A stretch of 64,000 bases of DNA, taken from the NCBI GenBank assembly GCA_003518055.1, contig DOZJ01000006.1, forward strand, positions 43,837 through 107,836, written 5' to 3'. Position 1 is the first letter of the stretch, and each line of letters begins with the position of its first letter. Source of the stretch: Candidatus Falkowbacteria bacterium. Its GTDB lineage: Bacteria > Patescibacteriota > Patescibacteriia > UBA11705. Both the position numbers and the translations under genes were made by a program. Below are positions 10,193 through 19,466 of the stretch, in pieces. The notes below the pieces were generated by a model, which did no database searches, was not told where the DNA came from, and was given only the letters and a program-made list of their open reading frames with translations.

Positions 10193-10435
10193 TTATTTTT
10201 TCTTTTTTTTGATAGTCTTATTCAGCGTGTTGAGTTTTTCAGATAGGGTGCTGATAAAACTTTCCAAACCGGATAGCTTGACGAGGGCAATCATTTCGTC
10301 GTGGGGACCAAAAACCAAGAGTTGGTCTCCTTTGGTCAGTTTCATTTTTTTTCTGGCGGCGTTTGGAATGACTATTTGGCCTTTCTCACCGATTGTAGCC
10401 GTGCCATAAAATTTTTTTGATGAATCGTTTGTCAT
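10193..10435 (-). CDS. AbrB/MazE/SpoVT-family DNA-binding protein
   Basis: ATIGEKGQIVIP...R..M.L..GD signature; first gene of the ABC operon; promoter TTGACA-17-TACAAT at 10497-10469. Confidence 0.88.
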   Translation of the reverse strand: MTNDSSKKFYGTATIGEKGQIVIPNAARKKMKLTKGDQLLVFGPHDEMIALVKLSGLESFISTLSEKLNTLNKTIKKKKK

Positions 10436-10498
10436 ATTCTTACAAGTAGGAAAAGTATAACTTATCTAATTGTAAATGTTGAATTAAAAAATGTCAAG

Positions 10499-12019
10499 TT
10501 AATTTTTTAGGGCTTTTTTTAGAGATGCCTCGGCTTTTTGGGGGTTGACTTTGCCGCCTGATTGTTTCATGACTTGACCGACAAGAAATTTGATAATCGG
10601 CTCTTTGCCGGCGCGATAGTCAGCCACCTGTTCAGGAAAAGCTTTGATGACAGAGGTGATTACGGTCATGATTTCAGTGTCGTCGTCAATTTGTTCCAGA
10701 CCATATTCCTGCAATATTTGAGATGGATCAGCGCCTTTATCGATCATCACATTCAAAACTTTGACGGCGTTGGCGCTGCCGATTTTGTTTTGATGAAGCA
10801 GCGTGATGAATTCCGCGAAGTTTTCCGCGGTCACTTTGGTGTCATCAAAGTTGAGGTTTTTTTCCGTCAGGGAGGTAATGAAATTATTGATGAGCCAGCT
10901 GGTGGCCAGCTTGATAAGTTTCTTTTTTTCTTGATTCCAATTTAAATCAGAACTGGTGATCCAAGCTTCGAGTTCGGAAATTATTTGTTCAAAATAGTCG
11001 GCCAGCCGGCGGTTTTGAGTCAGGATTTTGGCTTCTTCGCCGGTATGAGTGTATTCTTGGCTGAAACGGCGGCGTTTGGCTTGAGGCAGTTCGGGCAAAC
11101 TTAATTTTAACAATTCAAACAGCTCGGAGGAAAAGGTCATGGGTGGAATATCCGGTTCGGGGAAGTAGCGGTAATCAGCTGAGCCTTCTTTGGTGCGTTG
11201 AGATTTTGTCTCGCCGGTGGTGTCGTCATAGCCTCTGGTTTCTTGGACCGCCGGTGCTTTGTTATCCAGCCACAAAGCGGTTTGGCGTTTGATTTCAAAA
11301 GTCAGCGCCCGTTCGAGCGATCGAAAAGAATTGATGTTTTTAACTTCGGTTTTCGGATAGAGTTTGGTTTCACCTTCCGGTCTGAGGGAAATGTTGGCGT
11401 CGCAGCGCAGGTGGCCTTTTTCCATATCCGCGTTGGAAATATTGAGGTGGCGCATGAGCAGCTGTAATTCTTGGGCAAAGGTTTTAGCTTCGAGTGGGGT
11501 GGAGAAGTCGGGGTCGGTGACAATTTCAATCAGCGGCGCGCCGCCGCGGTTGTAGTCGACCAACGTGGCGTTTTGATCTTTGTCGTGAATGGATTTGGCA
11601 GCGTCTTCTTCGATGTGAAGACGAGTGATGCCGATCCGTTTGAGTTCAGAAGCATTTTCCAGACTGCCAGTTAGACCATCAGCGGCGATAGAATTGATGA
11701 TAAATTCTCCATGTTCGGCCATTGGTTTGTCAAATTGAGAAATCTGGTAACCTTTGGGGAGATCAGGATAAAAATAATTTTTTCGGTCAAATTTGATATA
11801 TGAGTTTAAGGTGCAATTCAAAGCCAAGGCCGCGATTTGTGACATTTTAACCGCTTCTTGGTTGACCGTGGGCAAAGTGCCGGGATGACCAAGGCAGATG
11901 GGGCAGATATTGCTGTTTGGTTTGGCAAAATCAGCTTCGTTGGCGCAGGAACAAAACATTTTGCTTCTTGTTTTCATCTGGACGTGGAATTCCAGGCCGA
12001 TGAGGACTTCGTATTTCAT
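10499..12019 (-). CDS. gatB: Asp/Glu-tRNA amidotransferase subunit B
   Basis: IGLEFHVQ, RKNYFYPDLPKGYQISQ, LRCDANIS, EVKNINSFR and DYRYFPEPD motifs; start set at MKYEV. Confidence 0.96.
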   Translation of the reverse strand: MKYEVLIGLEFHVQMKTRSKMFCSCANEADFAKPNSNICPICLGHPGTLPTVNQEAVKMSQIAALALNCTLNSYIKFDRKNYFYPDLPKGYQISQFDKPMAEHGEFIINSIAADGLTGSLENASELKRIGITRLHIEEDAAKSIHDKDQNATLVDYNRGGAPLIEIVTDPDFSTPLEAKTFAQELQLLMRHLNISNADMEKGHLRCDANISLRPEGETKLYPKTEVKNINSFRSLERALTFEIKRQTALWLDNKAPAVQETRGYDDTTGETKSQRTKEGSADYRYFPEPDIPPMTFSSELFELLKLSLPELPQAKRRRFSQEYTHTGEEAKILTQNRRLADYFEQIISELEAWITSSDLNWNQEKKKLIKLATSWLINNFITSLTEKNLNFDDTKVTAENFAEFITLLHQNKIGSANAVKVLNVMIDKGADPSQILQEYGLEQIDDDTEIMTVITSVIKAFPEQVADYRAGKEPIIKFLVGQVMKQSGGKVNPQKAEASLKKALKN

Positions 12020-12237
12020 AGGAGAGAAATTGATCCCGCTCCTCGCGAGAAGCGGGATTGATAGAAATAAATTGAAATTGGTGGAAATTAATCGAAAAGG
12101 GGGGATTTGATTAGTCGTCGGATTACTCAAATAAGACAGTGGTATTTTAACATTAATTTAATGAAAAATAAAGTGGTATTTGAATTGGGGGATTGACAAA
12201 TTGTTGACTATTTTATCGCTTTGTGATAAGGTGAGCT

Positions 12238-12326
12238 GTCAGGGCGAGAGCTCTGGCGCACCCATAAGGGCGGCCGAGAGGCCGTATAGAATCGGCTTTG
12301 GGAAAAGCCGGGCAATGGGAGGGCCC
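12238..12326 (+). ncRNA. candidate structured RNA/5' leader: five consecutive hairpins, three with GNRA tetraloops
   Basis: gtcagggc-GAGA-gctctggc, ccc-ataa-ggg, cggcc-GAGA-ggccg, cggcttt-GGGA-aaagccg, gggc...gccc; begins just after promoter TTGACT-17-TAAGGT (12204-12232). Confidence 0.6.
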
Positions 12327-12327
12327 G

Positions 12328-13074
12328 ATGGAAGAAGGGAAAATGGATAGAGATGGTCGAATTCTAGATAAGACATTGGAGTCATTTGTGAAATGGCTTG
12401 AGGCTCATCCAAGTTATCCCATGGGTTTTTGTTTGCGGGGGTTGTTTGAAATGAGTGAAGGGATGAAGCCCGCTTCAGGCATCGGCAAGGTTCAAGTATT
12501 GCTCACGGGGGCTGGGAGAGCTTTCTATGGGGATGAATCTTTTGATTTGGTTCAACAGTTTTTTAAAACCGCAGTTCTTATGTCTGACTCGTTTACTTCT
12601 GCGATTGATTTTGTCGTGTTTTTGAGGCAAATGATTGATCGGATTGATCAGCGGGAAGCCATTTTGCTGGGTAATAATTTTGAATGGCCGGTCAGGGAGA
12701 CGTTGTTGCTCGCTGTTTGTTCCGGAGTAATGAGAGCATGTGTGGAATTACTGAAGGAGAGAAAGAATGATTTTGATTTTTTGGTAGGTCCTTTCAACGC
12801 TTTGGTTCAACAGGTTATCGCCAGATCCACGTCGGATTCATGTCACAGATGGGTGATTGATGATCTCGGTAACGCGGTGAAAGAATTTTATCAAGTTCTA
12901 TGTCGAAGAGACAAGGCGGCGTATGTAAATATGCGGTCTCGCCTGAAGCAAATTGTTTTGGCTTGTCCTCAGCCAAATTATGGTGTCGTGGCTCAGGAAC
13001 TATTCAAGAGTGTTTTCTATACGTGGGTGACTGAGCAGAGAGGATCGGATCTGATTTTGCTAGTCAATGATTAA
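12328..13074 (+). CDS. hypothetical helical protein (orphan)
   Basis: ORF after the structured leader (start 12328 or 12343); terminator at 13082-13106. Confidence 0.7.
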   Translation: MEEGKMDRDGRILDKTLESFVKWLEAHPSYPMGFCLRGLFEMSEGMKPASGIGKVQVLLTGAGRAFYGDESFDLVQQFFKTAVLMSDSFTSAIDFVVFLRQMIDRIDQREAILLGNNFEWPVRETLLLAVCSGVMRACVELLKERKNDFDFLVGPFNALVQQVIARSTSDSCHRWVIDDLGNAVKEFYQVLCRRDKAAYVNMRSRLKQIVLACPQPNYGVVAQELFKSVFYTWVTEQRGSDLILLVND

Positions 13075-13115
13075 AATAAATCACTGGGAATGAACCAGTG
13101 TTTTTTATTTAGATA

Positions 13116-13150
13116 CCCACGCACCAGAACAATGTTCAGTTCGGGGCAGG
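13116..13150 (+). mobile_element. 35-bp CAGG-ended hairpin element inserted in a TTAC(G/A)AAT repeat tract
   Basis: Removing it gives agata|caaattac..., matching the uninterrupted tract at 16753. Confidence 0.7.
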
Positions 13151-13211
13151 CAAATTACTAATATTTACGAATATTACAAATTAGATGTGACGGTTATTTT
13201 TGTTGGGTAAA

Positions 13212-14507
13212 CTAATCCTGCGTAGTGGTTTCATTTGTATTATTTGTAACAGATACGTAATTTGTATCTTCAACCTGATTGAAGCACTGGCGGCAAAGCG
13301 GCTCGTATTCACCGGCGCCGCCGATGCCGATTGTTTCCTGCACATCGGTTTTACGGCGGTTTCGAACCGCGTCAGTGCCGCAGCGTGAGCAAATGGCGCC
13401 GAGTTTGGTGACGGATTCCGCCAATGCCAATAGCTCCGGAATGGGGCCGAATGGACGGCTGTCAAAAGTGGTATCGAGGCCGGCCACGATAACTTTGAAC
13501 CCGGTATTGGCTAGATGGTCGCAAATCTGAGGCAGTTGATCATCAAAAAATTGAGCTTCATCGATACCGATAACATCGGTAGCGGTGTTTAAGTGTTTGA
13601 AAATATCTTCAGCGCGGTTGATAATGATTGATTCCATTTGATTTTTGTCATGACTGACGACATGAGTGGCGCTGAACCGCGTATCGAGCGACGGTTTGAA
13701 CAGTTTGACTTTTTTTTGCGCGATCAGGGAGCGTTTTAATCGGCGGATCAGTTCTTCGGTTTTGCCGGCAAACATGGAGCCACAGATGACTTCGAGGCTA
13801 CCGCCGGTTCTTGAGGCGGGAGGCAAAATGGGGGCATCAAGATGGCTAAAAGGCGTTCCGAGCTGCAACAGCGTGCCTACATGGCGCCAGATTTCAAGTG
13901 AAATATCATCGATCGGCTGAGCGGCGTTAATAATTTTCCAGGTATCATTATTTTGGGTTTGATTCAGAAATCCTTGGCGGACCTTGCGATGAAAATCCAA
14001 CTTTTCATTATCAAAGCGGTCATCGGCCAGCGCCCCGCGATCTTGGTTCTGGATAATGCGGTTCAAAGCGACTTCCGGGTCAATGTCGAATAGCAGGGTT
14101 AAATCGGGATCAAAGTCGCCGGTGGCAAAGCAGTTGATGTTTTTTACAGTTTCGAGATCAAATAAACCGCGAGCATAATGTTGGTAGGCTAGAGTTGAAG
14201 CTTGGTAGCGGTCGCAGATGACGATTTTACCCTCATTGATCGCCGGTTGAATGATTTGCCTTACGTGCTGGGCGCGGGAAGCTAGAAATAAAAATAATTC
14301 GGTTTCAGCGGTCATGGCTTTGTGCGCGGGATTTTTGAGAATGGCTCTGATTTCTTCGGCGATGGGGCAGCCGGTGCCTCCGGGTTCTCGGGTAACCAAA
14401 ATATCAAAGCCTTTTTCAGTTAGTTTTTTTTCAAGCACTTTGATTTGGGTGGTTTTGCCTGTGCCTTCGCCGCCTTCAAATACGATGAATTTGCCGTGTG
14501 AGGTCAT
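13212..14507 (-). CDS. tmk: thymidylate kinase - thymidine kinase fusion (Tmk-Tdk)
   Basis: N-half FEGGEGTGKTT, TREPGG, CDRY; C-half GSMFAGKTEEL, IDEAQFF, VAGLD and Zn ligands CSRC...CRQC; single open frame. Confidence 0.93.
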   Translation of the reverse strand: MTSHGKFIVFEGGEGTGKTTQIKVLEKKLTEKGFDILVTREPGGTGCPIAEEIRAILKNPAHKAMTAETELFLFLASRAQHVRQIIQPAINEGKIVICDRYQASTLAYQHYARGLFDLETVKNINCFATGDFDPDLTLLFDIDPEVALNRIIQNQDRGALADDRFDNEKLDFHRKVRQGFLNQTQNNDTWKIINAAQPIDDISLEIWRHVGTLLQLGTPFSHLDAPILPPASRTGGSLEVICGSMFAGKTEELIRRLKRSLIAQKKVKLFKPSLDTRFSATHVVSHDKNQMESIIINRAEDIFKHLNTATDVIGIDEAQFFDDQLPQICDHLANTGFKVIVAGLDTTFDSRPFGPIPELLALAESVTKLGAICSRCGTDAVRNRRKTDVQETIGIGGAGEYEPLCRQCFNQVEDTNYVSVTNNTNETTTQD

Positions 14508-14582
14508 AGTGGTGGTTGAACAAGTAATTACATTTTAAATAAAAAGAGAGCCTCAGCCCTCCTTGGTTGTTGCCGATGGGTC

Positions 14583-14894
14583 TTAATTCTCGATCACTTC
14601 CTCGAGAAAAATACGTTCGGAAAAACCGCCGCGTTCTTCCAGTTTGTTTTGGCGCAGGCGTTCGATATCGTTGATGGTCATTTGATGGTATTCTGACAGA
14701 GCGTGGATAACTTCGATAATATCGGCTAGTTCTTCCGGGTCGTCGTTTTCCAGGTAGTCCTCGACTTCTTCTTTGAGTTTGTCCTTTAGCGCTTCAAAAT
14801 ATTCTTCTTGTTCCAGGATTTTGGTTACGGCTTCGTCGCCGTTGTCTTCAATCATTTGGGGCACGAGATCGCGGACGAGTTTATTGGGGCGCAT
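14583..14894 (-). CDS. MazG-like/PRA-PH nucleoside triphosphate pyrophosphohydrolase
   Basis: NKLVRD.VP, KLKEEVED, EELADIIEVI and K..ERGGF motifs. Confidence 0.88.
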   Translation of the reverse strand: MRPNKLVRDLVPQMIEDNGDEAVTKILEQEEYFEALKDKLKEEVEDYLENDDPEELADIIEVIHALSEYHQMTINDIERLRQNKLEERGGFSERIFLEEVIEN

Positions 14895-15732
14895 AATTTT
14901 GTTTTGATTTTTGGAGGTTGTGATAAATCGTGGGCGTGGCGGTTTTGACCAGCGGCCACAAGTCAGCAACCACGGATGAATTTAAACCTAACAATTGATT
15001 TATATTTATAGTAAATATCACTTTGTGTTGAAATGCAAGAGGAAGAAGATAGCAGGCGTATGTGGATAAGTCTCCGGAAATTTTGGAGAAGGCGTCGAGG
15101 GAGCGTTTCATGGTCATAACATAGGTGCTGAGCAGGCCGGAATTGACGATTTTTTCGGGGGTGTGGTAGCCAAATGTTGGATTGACCGGCAGCGTGATAA
15201 AGGCTTGGAAGTTGTTGGTTTTCAATTGTTCCAGTTCGAGAAAATTGACGGCGGTTTCAAAAGTATACGATAGAAAATCAAGTTCGGGATAAGATTGATG
15301 GCCGGTAAAGTATTGATTCAAAATGTTTTCTTTTTGTTCCAAGGTCAACATTTTTTGGCGCTCAATAATTTTTTCGTATTTGAGTGGGGTGAATTTTTGA
15401 AACAGAATTCGGACCAAATCGGTTTCTTCTTCCGGGTGTTTAATTATTCGCGTTTCCGGCTTTGATGGCCGCTCAAGCGGGAAATATTGGCTCAGATAGG
15501 ATTCGTATTGCGCGTGATTGGCTGTTTCCGGGTCAATGATGAAATTCGGGTGATAGGCGTGGGGCAGCAGCAGGTCGGTTAGCGGATCGTCAGGAAGCTC
15601 ATTTGTGATCAGTTTGTGCTGCGCCAAAATAAAGTCGATTGTGTCGCGAAATAAAAATTCATATTCCGAATGTCGCAGGGCGGAGAGGTGGTCGGGGAAA
15701 TAATTATTTTTTATGGCTTCGATGGAAATCAT
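14881..15732 (-). CDS. degenerate ThyX (flavin-dependent thymidylate synthase)-like protein
   Basis: YTFE...GYHTP..I...YLLPLA pattern resembles the ThyX domain, but the RHR motif is absent. Confidence 0.55.
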   Translation of the reverse strand: MISIEAIKNNYFPDHLSALRHSEYEFLFRDTIDFILAQHKLITNELPDDPLTDLLLPHAYHPNFIIDPETANHAQYESYLSQYFPLERPSKPETRIIKHPEEETDLVRILFQKFTPLKYEKIIERQKMLTLEQKENILNQYFTGHQSYPELDFLSYTFETAVNFLELEQLKTNNFQAFITLPVNPTFGYHTPEKIVNSGLLSTYVMTMKRSLDAFSKISGDLSTYACYLLPLAFQHKVIFTININQLLGLNSSVVADLWPLVKTATPTIYHNLQKSKQNYAPQ

Positions 15733-15736
15733 GGGA

Positions 15737-16165
15737 TTAGCCGGTTGAACCAAAGCCGCCGCGTGAGGCGGCTGATATTTGATCGGTTTCGATCAAAGCG
15801 GGTTTGGCAATTTTAACGAGTAAGGCTTGGCCGATCCGATCGCCGCGGGGAACAGTAACTGGTTCGGTAGTAAAATTATAGGCGGCGTAGCGGATTTCAT
15901 CGTCGTCGCCGCAAAAATCTTGATCAATAATTCCAATACCGTTGGCACACATGAGGCCTTTTTTGAGCGGTGTGCTGCTGCGCGAGGCGATTAGGATCAC
16001 GTAATCGTCTGGGACTTTGATAATTAAATTAACCGGAATCAAGGCAATGCTATGCGGATCGATGACGGTTTCAACCCGGGCGTAGAGATCAAAAGCAACC
16101 GAACCGGCGGTTTGATATTCGGGCAGGGGCAATGTTTGGTCGATGCGTTTGATTAGTAATTCCAT
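15737..16165 (-). CDS. dut: dUTP diphosphatase (trimeric)
   Basis: AFDL, SRSS, GIIDQDFCG, RIGQ and RGGFGSTG motifs. Confidence 0.95.
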   Translation of the reverse strand: MELLIKRIDQTLPLPEYQTAGSVAFDLYARVETVIDPHSIALIPVNLIIKVPDDYVILIASRSSTPLKKGLMCANGIGIIDQDFCGDDDEIRYAAYNFTTEPVTVPRGDRIGQALLVKIAKPALIETDQISAASRGGFGSTG

Positions 16166-16197
16166 GTAAAATCGGGGTTAACAAGGGAAGTCAAGGG

Positions 16198-16749
16198 TTA
16201 TTTTTGATATTTTTTAATTAGATTGTCCAATGCGGTTTGAAGGTCGGAAATCGTACCGTTGTTATCGAGTTGGATATCAGCTTTTTCGCTGACAACGGCA
16301 ATCAGTTTTTCGGCTTCCTTTTCATGATCAGCCAAAAATTGGTTGAAAGTTTTGTCTTTGTCATCGGTTTTTTCCGAGCGTTGAACTAATCGTTGGTAGC
16401 GGGTTTTGATATCAGCAAAAATGTGGATCAAGACAAAGCCATCAAGTGGTTGCAGCAGTTCAATGTCTTGCGGCCGCCGAATGCCGTCAACACAGATTAT
16501 GGCAGCGCGGTCGGTTTTTACATCGCTGGTCAGGACCTGCGCCAAAATGTCTTGGCCGAAAGTTTCTCTCAGCATTTGTGAGGTTTGTTGCAGGTGGTCG
16601 CGGTCAGCGGGCAGGTGGAGCCGATTAACAATATCAAAAAGTGGCGTGGAAAAACGATAGTATCCAGCCTGATATTTTTTTACGATATGATCGCAGGCGC
16701 TGCCTTTGCCGCTGGCGATCTGGCCGACAAAGCCGAGGATGAGTTTCAT
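16198..16749 (-). CDS. nucleoside monophosphate kinase-like P-loop protein
   Basis: GQIASGKG, VDGIRR and DNNGT motifs; context suggests a (d)NMP kinase. Confidence 0.75.
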   Translation of the reverse strand: MKLILGFVGQIASGKGSACDHIVKKYQAGYYRFSTPLFDIVNRLHLPADRDHLQQTSQMLRETFGQDILAQVLTSDVKTDRAAIICVDGIRRPQDIELLQPLDGFVLIHIFADIKTRYQRLVQRSEKTDDKDKTFNQFLADHEKEAEKLIAVVSEKADIQLDNNGTISDLQTALDNLIKKYQK

Positions 16750-16806
16750 AGTAGATACAAATTACGAATATTTACAAATATTACAAATTACGAATTAATG
16801 GTAGGT

Positions 16807-17379
16807 TTATATAATCCATTTTATATCTTGTGGTCGGACGTTTTCTTGTTTGGCTAGTCGGAGTTCAATTTCTTTCATCAAGGCGATACGTTTTTCGCGG
16901 GTGAAAATCTGATCGGCGTTTTCTACCAGAAAGACACGTTTAAGGCCGAATTTAATTATATGATTCCAGCAGTTTTCACACGCCCACCAGTGGCCGAATA
17001 AATACAAGTCAGCGCCGGCCGGATCAGCGCCGAGCGCGATGGCGTCATCAATGGCCGCCACTTCGGCATGAGATGTCTGCTGGCATTCGTTCAGGCAAAG
17101 TTCATAGCCGGTGCCGGTCGGGCAGTTGTTTTTGTAGCGGGGGCATAATGGTACGAAGCGGCCGGCATTGGAACCGCGGCCAATGATTTTTTCTTCTTTG
17201 ACCAAAACCGCGCCGGTCGGCCACCATGAGCAGGCGACTTTGTCTTCGGCTGCTTGTTTGGCGGCAATCATAAAGGGATCGTCGAGCGGCACAAAGTGGA
17301 AAATTCGGCCGGTTGGTAAATATGGATATTCTACTGTTGCGGTGAACTTGGAGGGGGAATTTTGGTCAATAATTGCCAT
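16807..17379 (-). CDS. dCMP deaminase-like zinc deaminase
   Basis: GAVLVK...G.G.N, HAE and WACENC zinc motifs. Confidence 0.85.
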   Translation of the reverse strand: MAIIDQNSPSKFTATVEYPYLPTGRIFHFVPLDDPFMIAAKQAAEDKVACSWWPTGAVLVKEEKIIGRGSNAGRFVPLCPRYKNNCPTGTGYELCLNECQQTSHAEVAAIDDAIALGADPAGADLYLFGHWWACENCWNHIIKFGLKRVFLVENADQIFTREKRIALMKEIELRLAKQENVRPQDIKWII

Positions 17380-17414
17380 TGAGGTTGGAGAGGCTGTTAT
17401 TAGGGAGGTTGGAG

Positions 17415-18062
17415 TTAGGTTTTTTTTTTGAGTTGATCAAGATTACCGGATCGGAGAATATCAAGTTCAGCGTGCGAGTCCAGCTTGCTGGTTAGCCCGT
17501 ACGGCGTGGCGCTGTCATATTTTGAGGCGTCGAGTCCATGCATTTGGGCGTCTTCCGTGGACATATCGGTTTGCAGTTCGTGTAGAACCATTTGACACAG
17601 CCGTTCTCCGGGATAAATTTTCAAGACATGGTGAGATTGATTGGTAATCGGGATGGTCAGGTGGCCGGAGTAGTGGGGATTGACAACCCCGCTTTCAATC
17701 GCCAAGCCTCGGCGAGAGGCTGAACTTCTGGCGTGCAGGACGCCGCAGAGTTTGCCGCTCAGAGTGACCTTTTCCAAGCTGGAGGCGAGGATCATTTCGC
17801 CGGGGAGAATTTCAAAATATTGTTCGGGTTTTAATTTTACCAACTGGAAATTTTCGTGCGTAGTGGAATAATCCATATAATCGGCCACTACGGCGACGCG
17901 GCCTTTGTCGGTGAATTTCCAGATATAGGGAATGTAAAAACTCCAGCCGATGCGAAGATCGATGGACGCCGGCTGTAATTGATATTCATCCAATTCCGGT
18001 TCGATTTTCAGCTCTTGGGCGGTAATTTTTTGGAGAATGGCCGGCCGGGTTAAAATTGACAT
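17415..18062 (-). CDS. dcd: dCTP deaminase
   Basis: QPASIDLR, ARSSASRRGL, VNPHYSGHLT and GERLCQ motifs. Confidence 0.9.
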   Translation of the reverse strand: MSILTRPAILQKITAQELKIEPELDEYQLQPASIDLRIGWSFYIPYIWKFTDKGRVAVVADYMDYSTTHENFQLVKLKPEQYFEILPGEMILASSLEKVTLSGKLCGVLHARSSASRRGLAIESGVVNPHYSGHLTIPITNQSHHVLKIYPGERLCQMVLHELQTDMSTEDAQMHGLDASKYDSATPYGLTSKLDSHAELDILRSGNLDQLKKKT

Positions 18063-18141
18063 AATGGTTGGGGTTAATGTTTATAAAAAGTATACAGTAT
18101 ATGTGGGTGAACGGTAAAGGCGAAATTAGAGAGTGTAGTAT

Positions 18142-18170
18142 TTGACAATGTTTTTATTTCGTGTTATAAT
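18142..18170 (+). promoter_or_regulatory. sigma70 promoter, perfect consensus
   Basis: TTGACA-17-TATAAT with extended -10 TG. Confidence 0.85.
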
Positions 18171-18199
18171 TTTGGGGTTAATGTCCAAACAACAGGAGG

Positions 18200-18670
18200 G
18201 TGGCGGTGGCAAAGAAAGAGGTTGTTTTCGGTCCATGGCGAGGGGTTCTTTATCCGGATGAAGGGAAAAATTTGTCATCTGGGCGAGTTCAGGGGAATTT
18301 GCGCAAGGGATATGATTTTGTAGCTTTGACTTATTCGGAGAAATTGGATTTGACCAAAGGCTGGTCGCGCCGGATGTCATATCATAAGGGCTATGTCGGC
18401 CGGGTGACTTATGGCACAGTCTTCTATACCCGAAATCAAGATCTGAAGCGATTGCTGGCTCAGGTACGTTACCGTCATTACGGCGGATGTCCGGGACCGG
18501 AGACGGAGAATTTTTTCCGGCAGGACGGTCAGTACGGCGTTTCGACCTTCTGTTCATTTTCGAGAGATTATCAAGATTTGGTTCGCCAGATCATTCAGAT
18601 GTTTCCGGAGCTTCAGACTCCGGCTGCTGGCCAGACGGAACAAGCGTCGACGGCGACAACGGAAGCTTAA
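18200..18670 (+). CDS. hypothetical protein (orphan) lying antisense within the nucleotide cluster
   Basis: Own promoter, AGGAGG SD, GTG start (18200 or 18206), terminator at 18662-18684. Confidence 0.7.
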   Translation: MAVAKKEVVFGPWRGVLYPDEGKNLSSGRVQGNLRKGYDFVALTYSEKLDLTKGWSRRMSYHKGYVGRVTYGTVFYTRNQDLKRLLAQVRYRHYGGCPGPETENFFRQDGQYGVSTFCSFSRDYQDLVRQIIQMFPELQTPAAGQTEQASTATTEA

Positions 18671-18863
18671 TGAGCTTCTTTTTTATTTTTACTCGCCAAA
18701 GGACGAGTCTGTCCTATGGCAGACAAAATTAAGGGATTATTTTTTACAAAAATTCAACATCTGGTTTGTTTTTTTTGTAAATACTGATTATTGATAATAT
18801 TGATTTTACTGTTATACAGCTGGACAATAAATGGGAGATGTTGTTTATTGCTGGTCAGCTTAT

Positions 18864-19373
18864 TTATTTTTTTATGCGGTAAAGGACATTGATCGTGTGG
18901 TCGTTTAATTTTTCGCACGAAATTAATTCCAAAGCAAGATCCAAATTCAGTTGGTCAACAAAACGCAGTCCGGAGCCAAAAATTTTCGGTTCGATGGTGA
19001 TTTGGATTTCATCAACCAGACCCGCTTCCAGAAATTTTGAATTGACAAAAGTCCCGCCGCCGATGATGACGAATTCAAATCCGCGGTGTTCCAGGTCTTG
19101 GAGGATGGTTTTCAAGTCGCCGCGTTTGTATTCGAGTATTCCCGGTTGATCTTGGTGTGTTTCATCTCGGGTTAATACAATGTTCAGCCGGCCGGGTAAT
19201 GGCCGGCCGATGGCTTCGTACGTGCTTTGGCCAAAAATCATCACGCCGGCTTCGGTGGTGATTTTTTTGTATAATGCCTGATCTTCTTTTGAGGTCCATT
19301 CCACCGGATTGTGATTGGAGTTTTTGGCGATCACGCCGTCGAGGGACATGACCATGATAATTCTAGTTTTCAT
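18864..19373 (-). CDS. folA: dihydrofolate reductase
   Basis: MSLDGVIA, W..KED, IFGQSTY, RPLPGRLNIVLT and IGGG motifs; directly downstream of the thyA homologue. Confidence 0.88.
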   Translation of the reverse strand: MKTRIIMVMSLDGVIAKNSNHNPVEWTSKEDQALYKKITTEAGVMIFGQSTYEAIGRPLPGRLNIVLTRDETHQDQPGILEYKRGDLKTILQDLEHRGFEFVIIGGGTFVNSKFLEAGLVDEIQITIEPKIFGSGLRFVDQLNLDLALELISCEKLNDHTINVLYRIKK

Positions 19374-19466
19374 ATTGCGAATATACTAATGTTATGAATA
19401 CTACGAAAACAAAATAAAACGGGACGGGTTGTTTTTGTAAAATTAGTAATCATTCGTTAATTTGTA

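Noticed and set aside
12020-12130. N-terminal extensions in the ORF track (gatB; likewise prmC, rplY, 4009, 23689, 37510)
   Set aside because: The extensions run through promoters or repeats; downstream ATGs fit the family N-termini or SD positions better.
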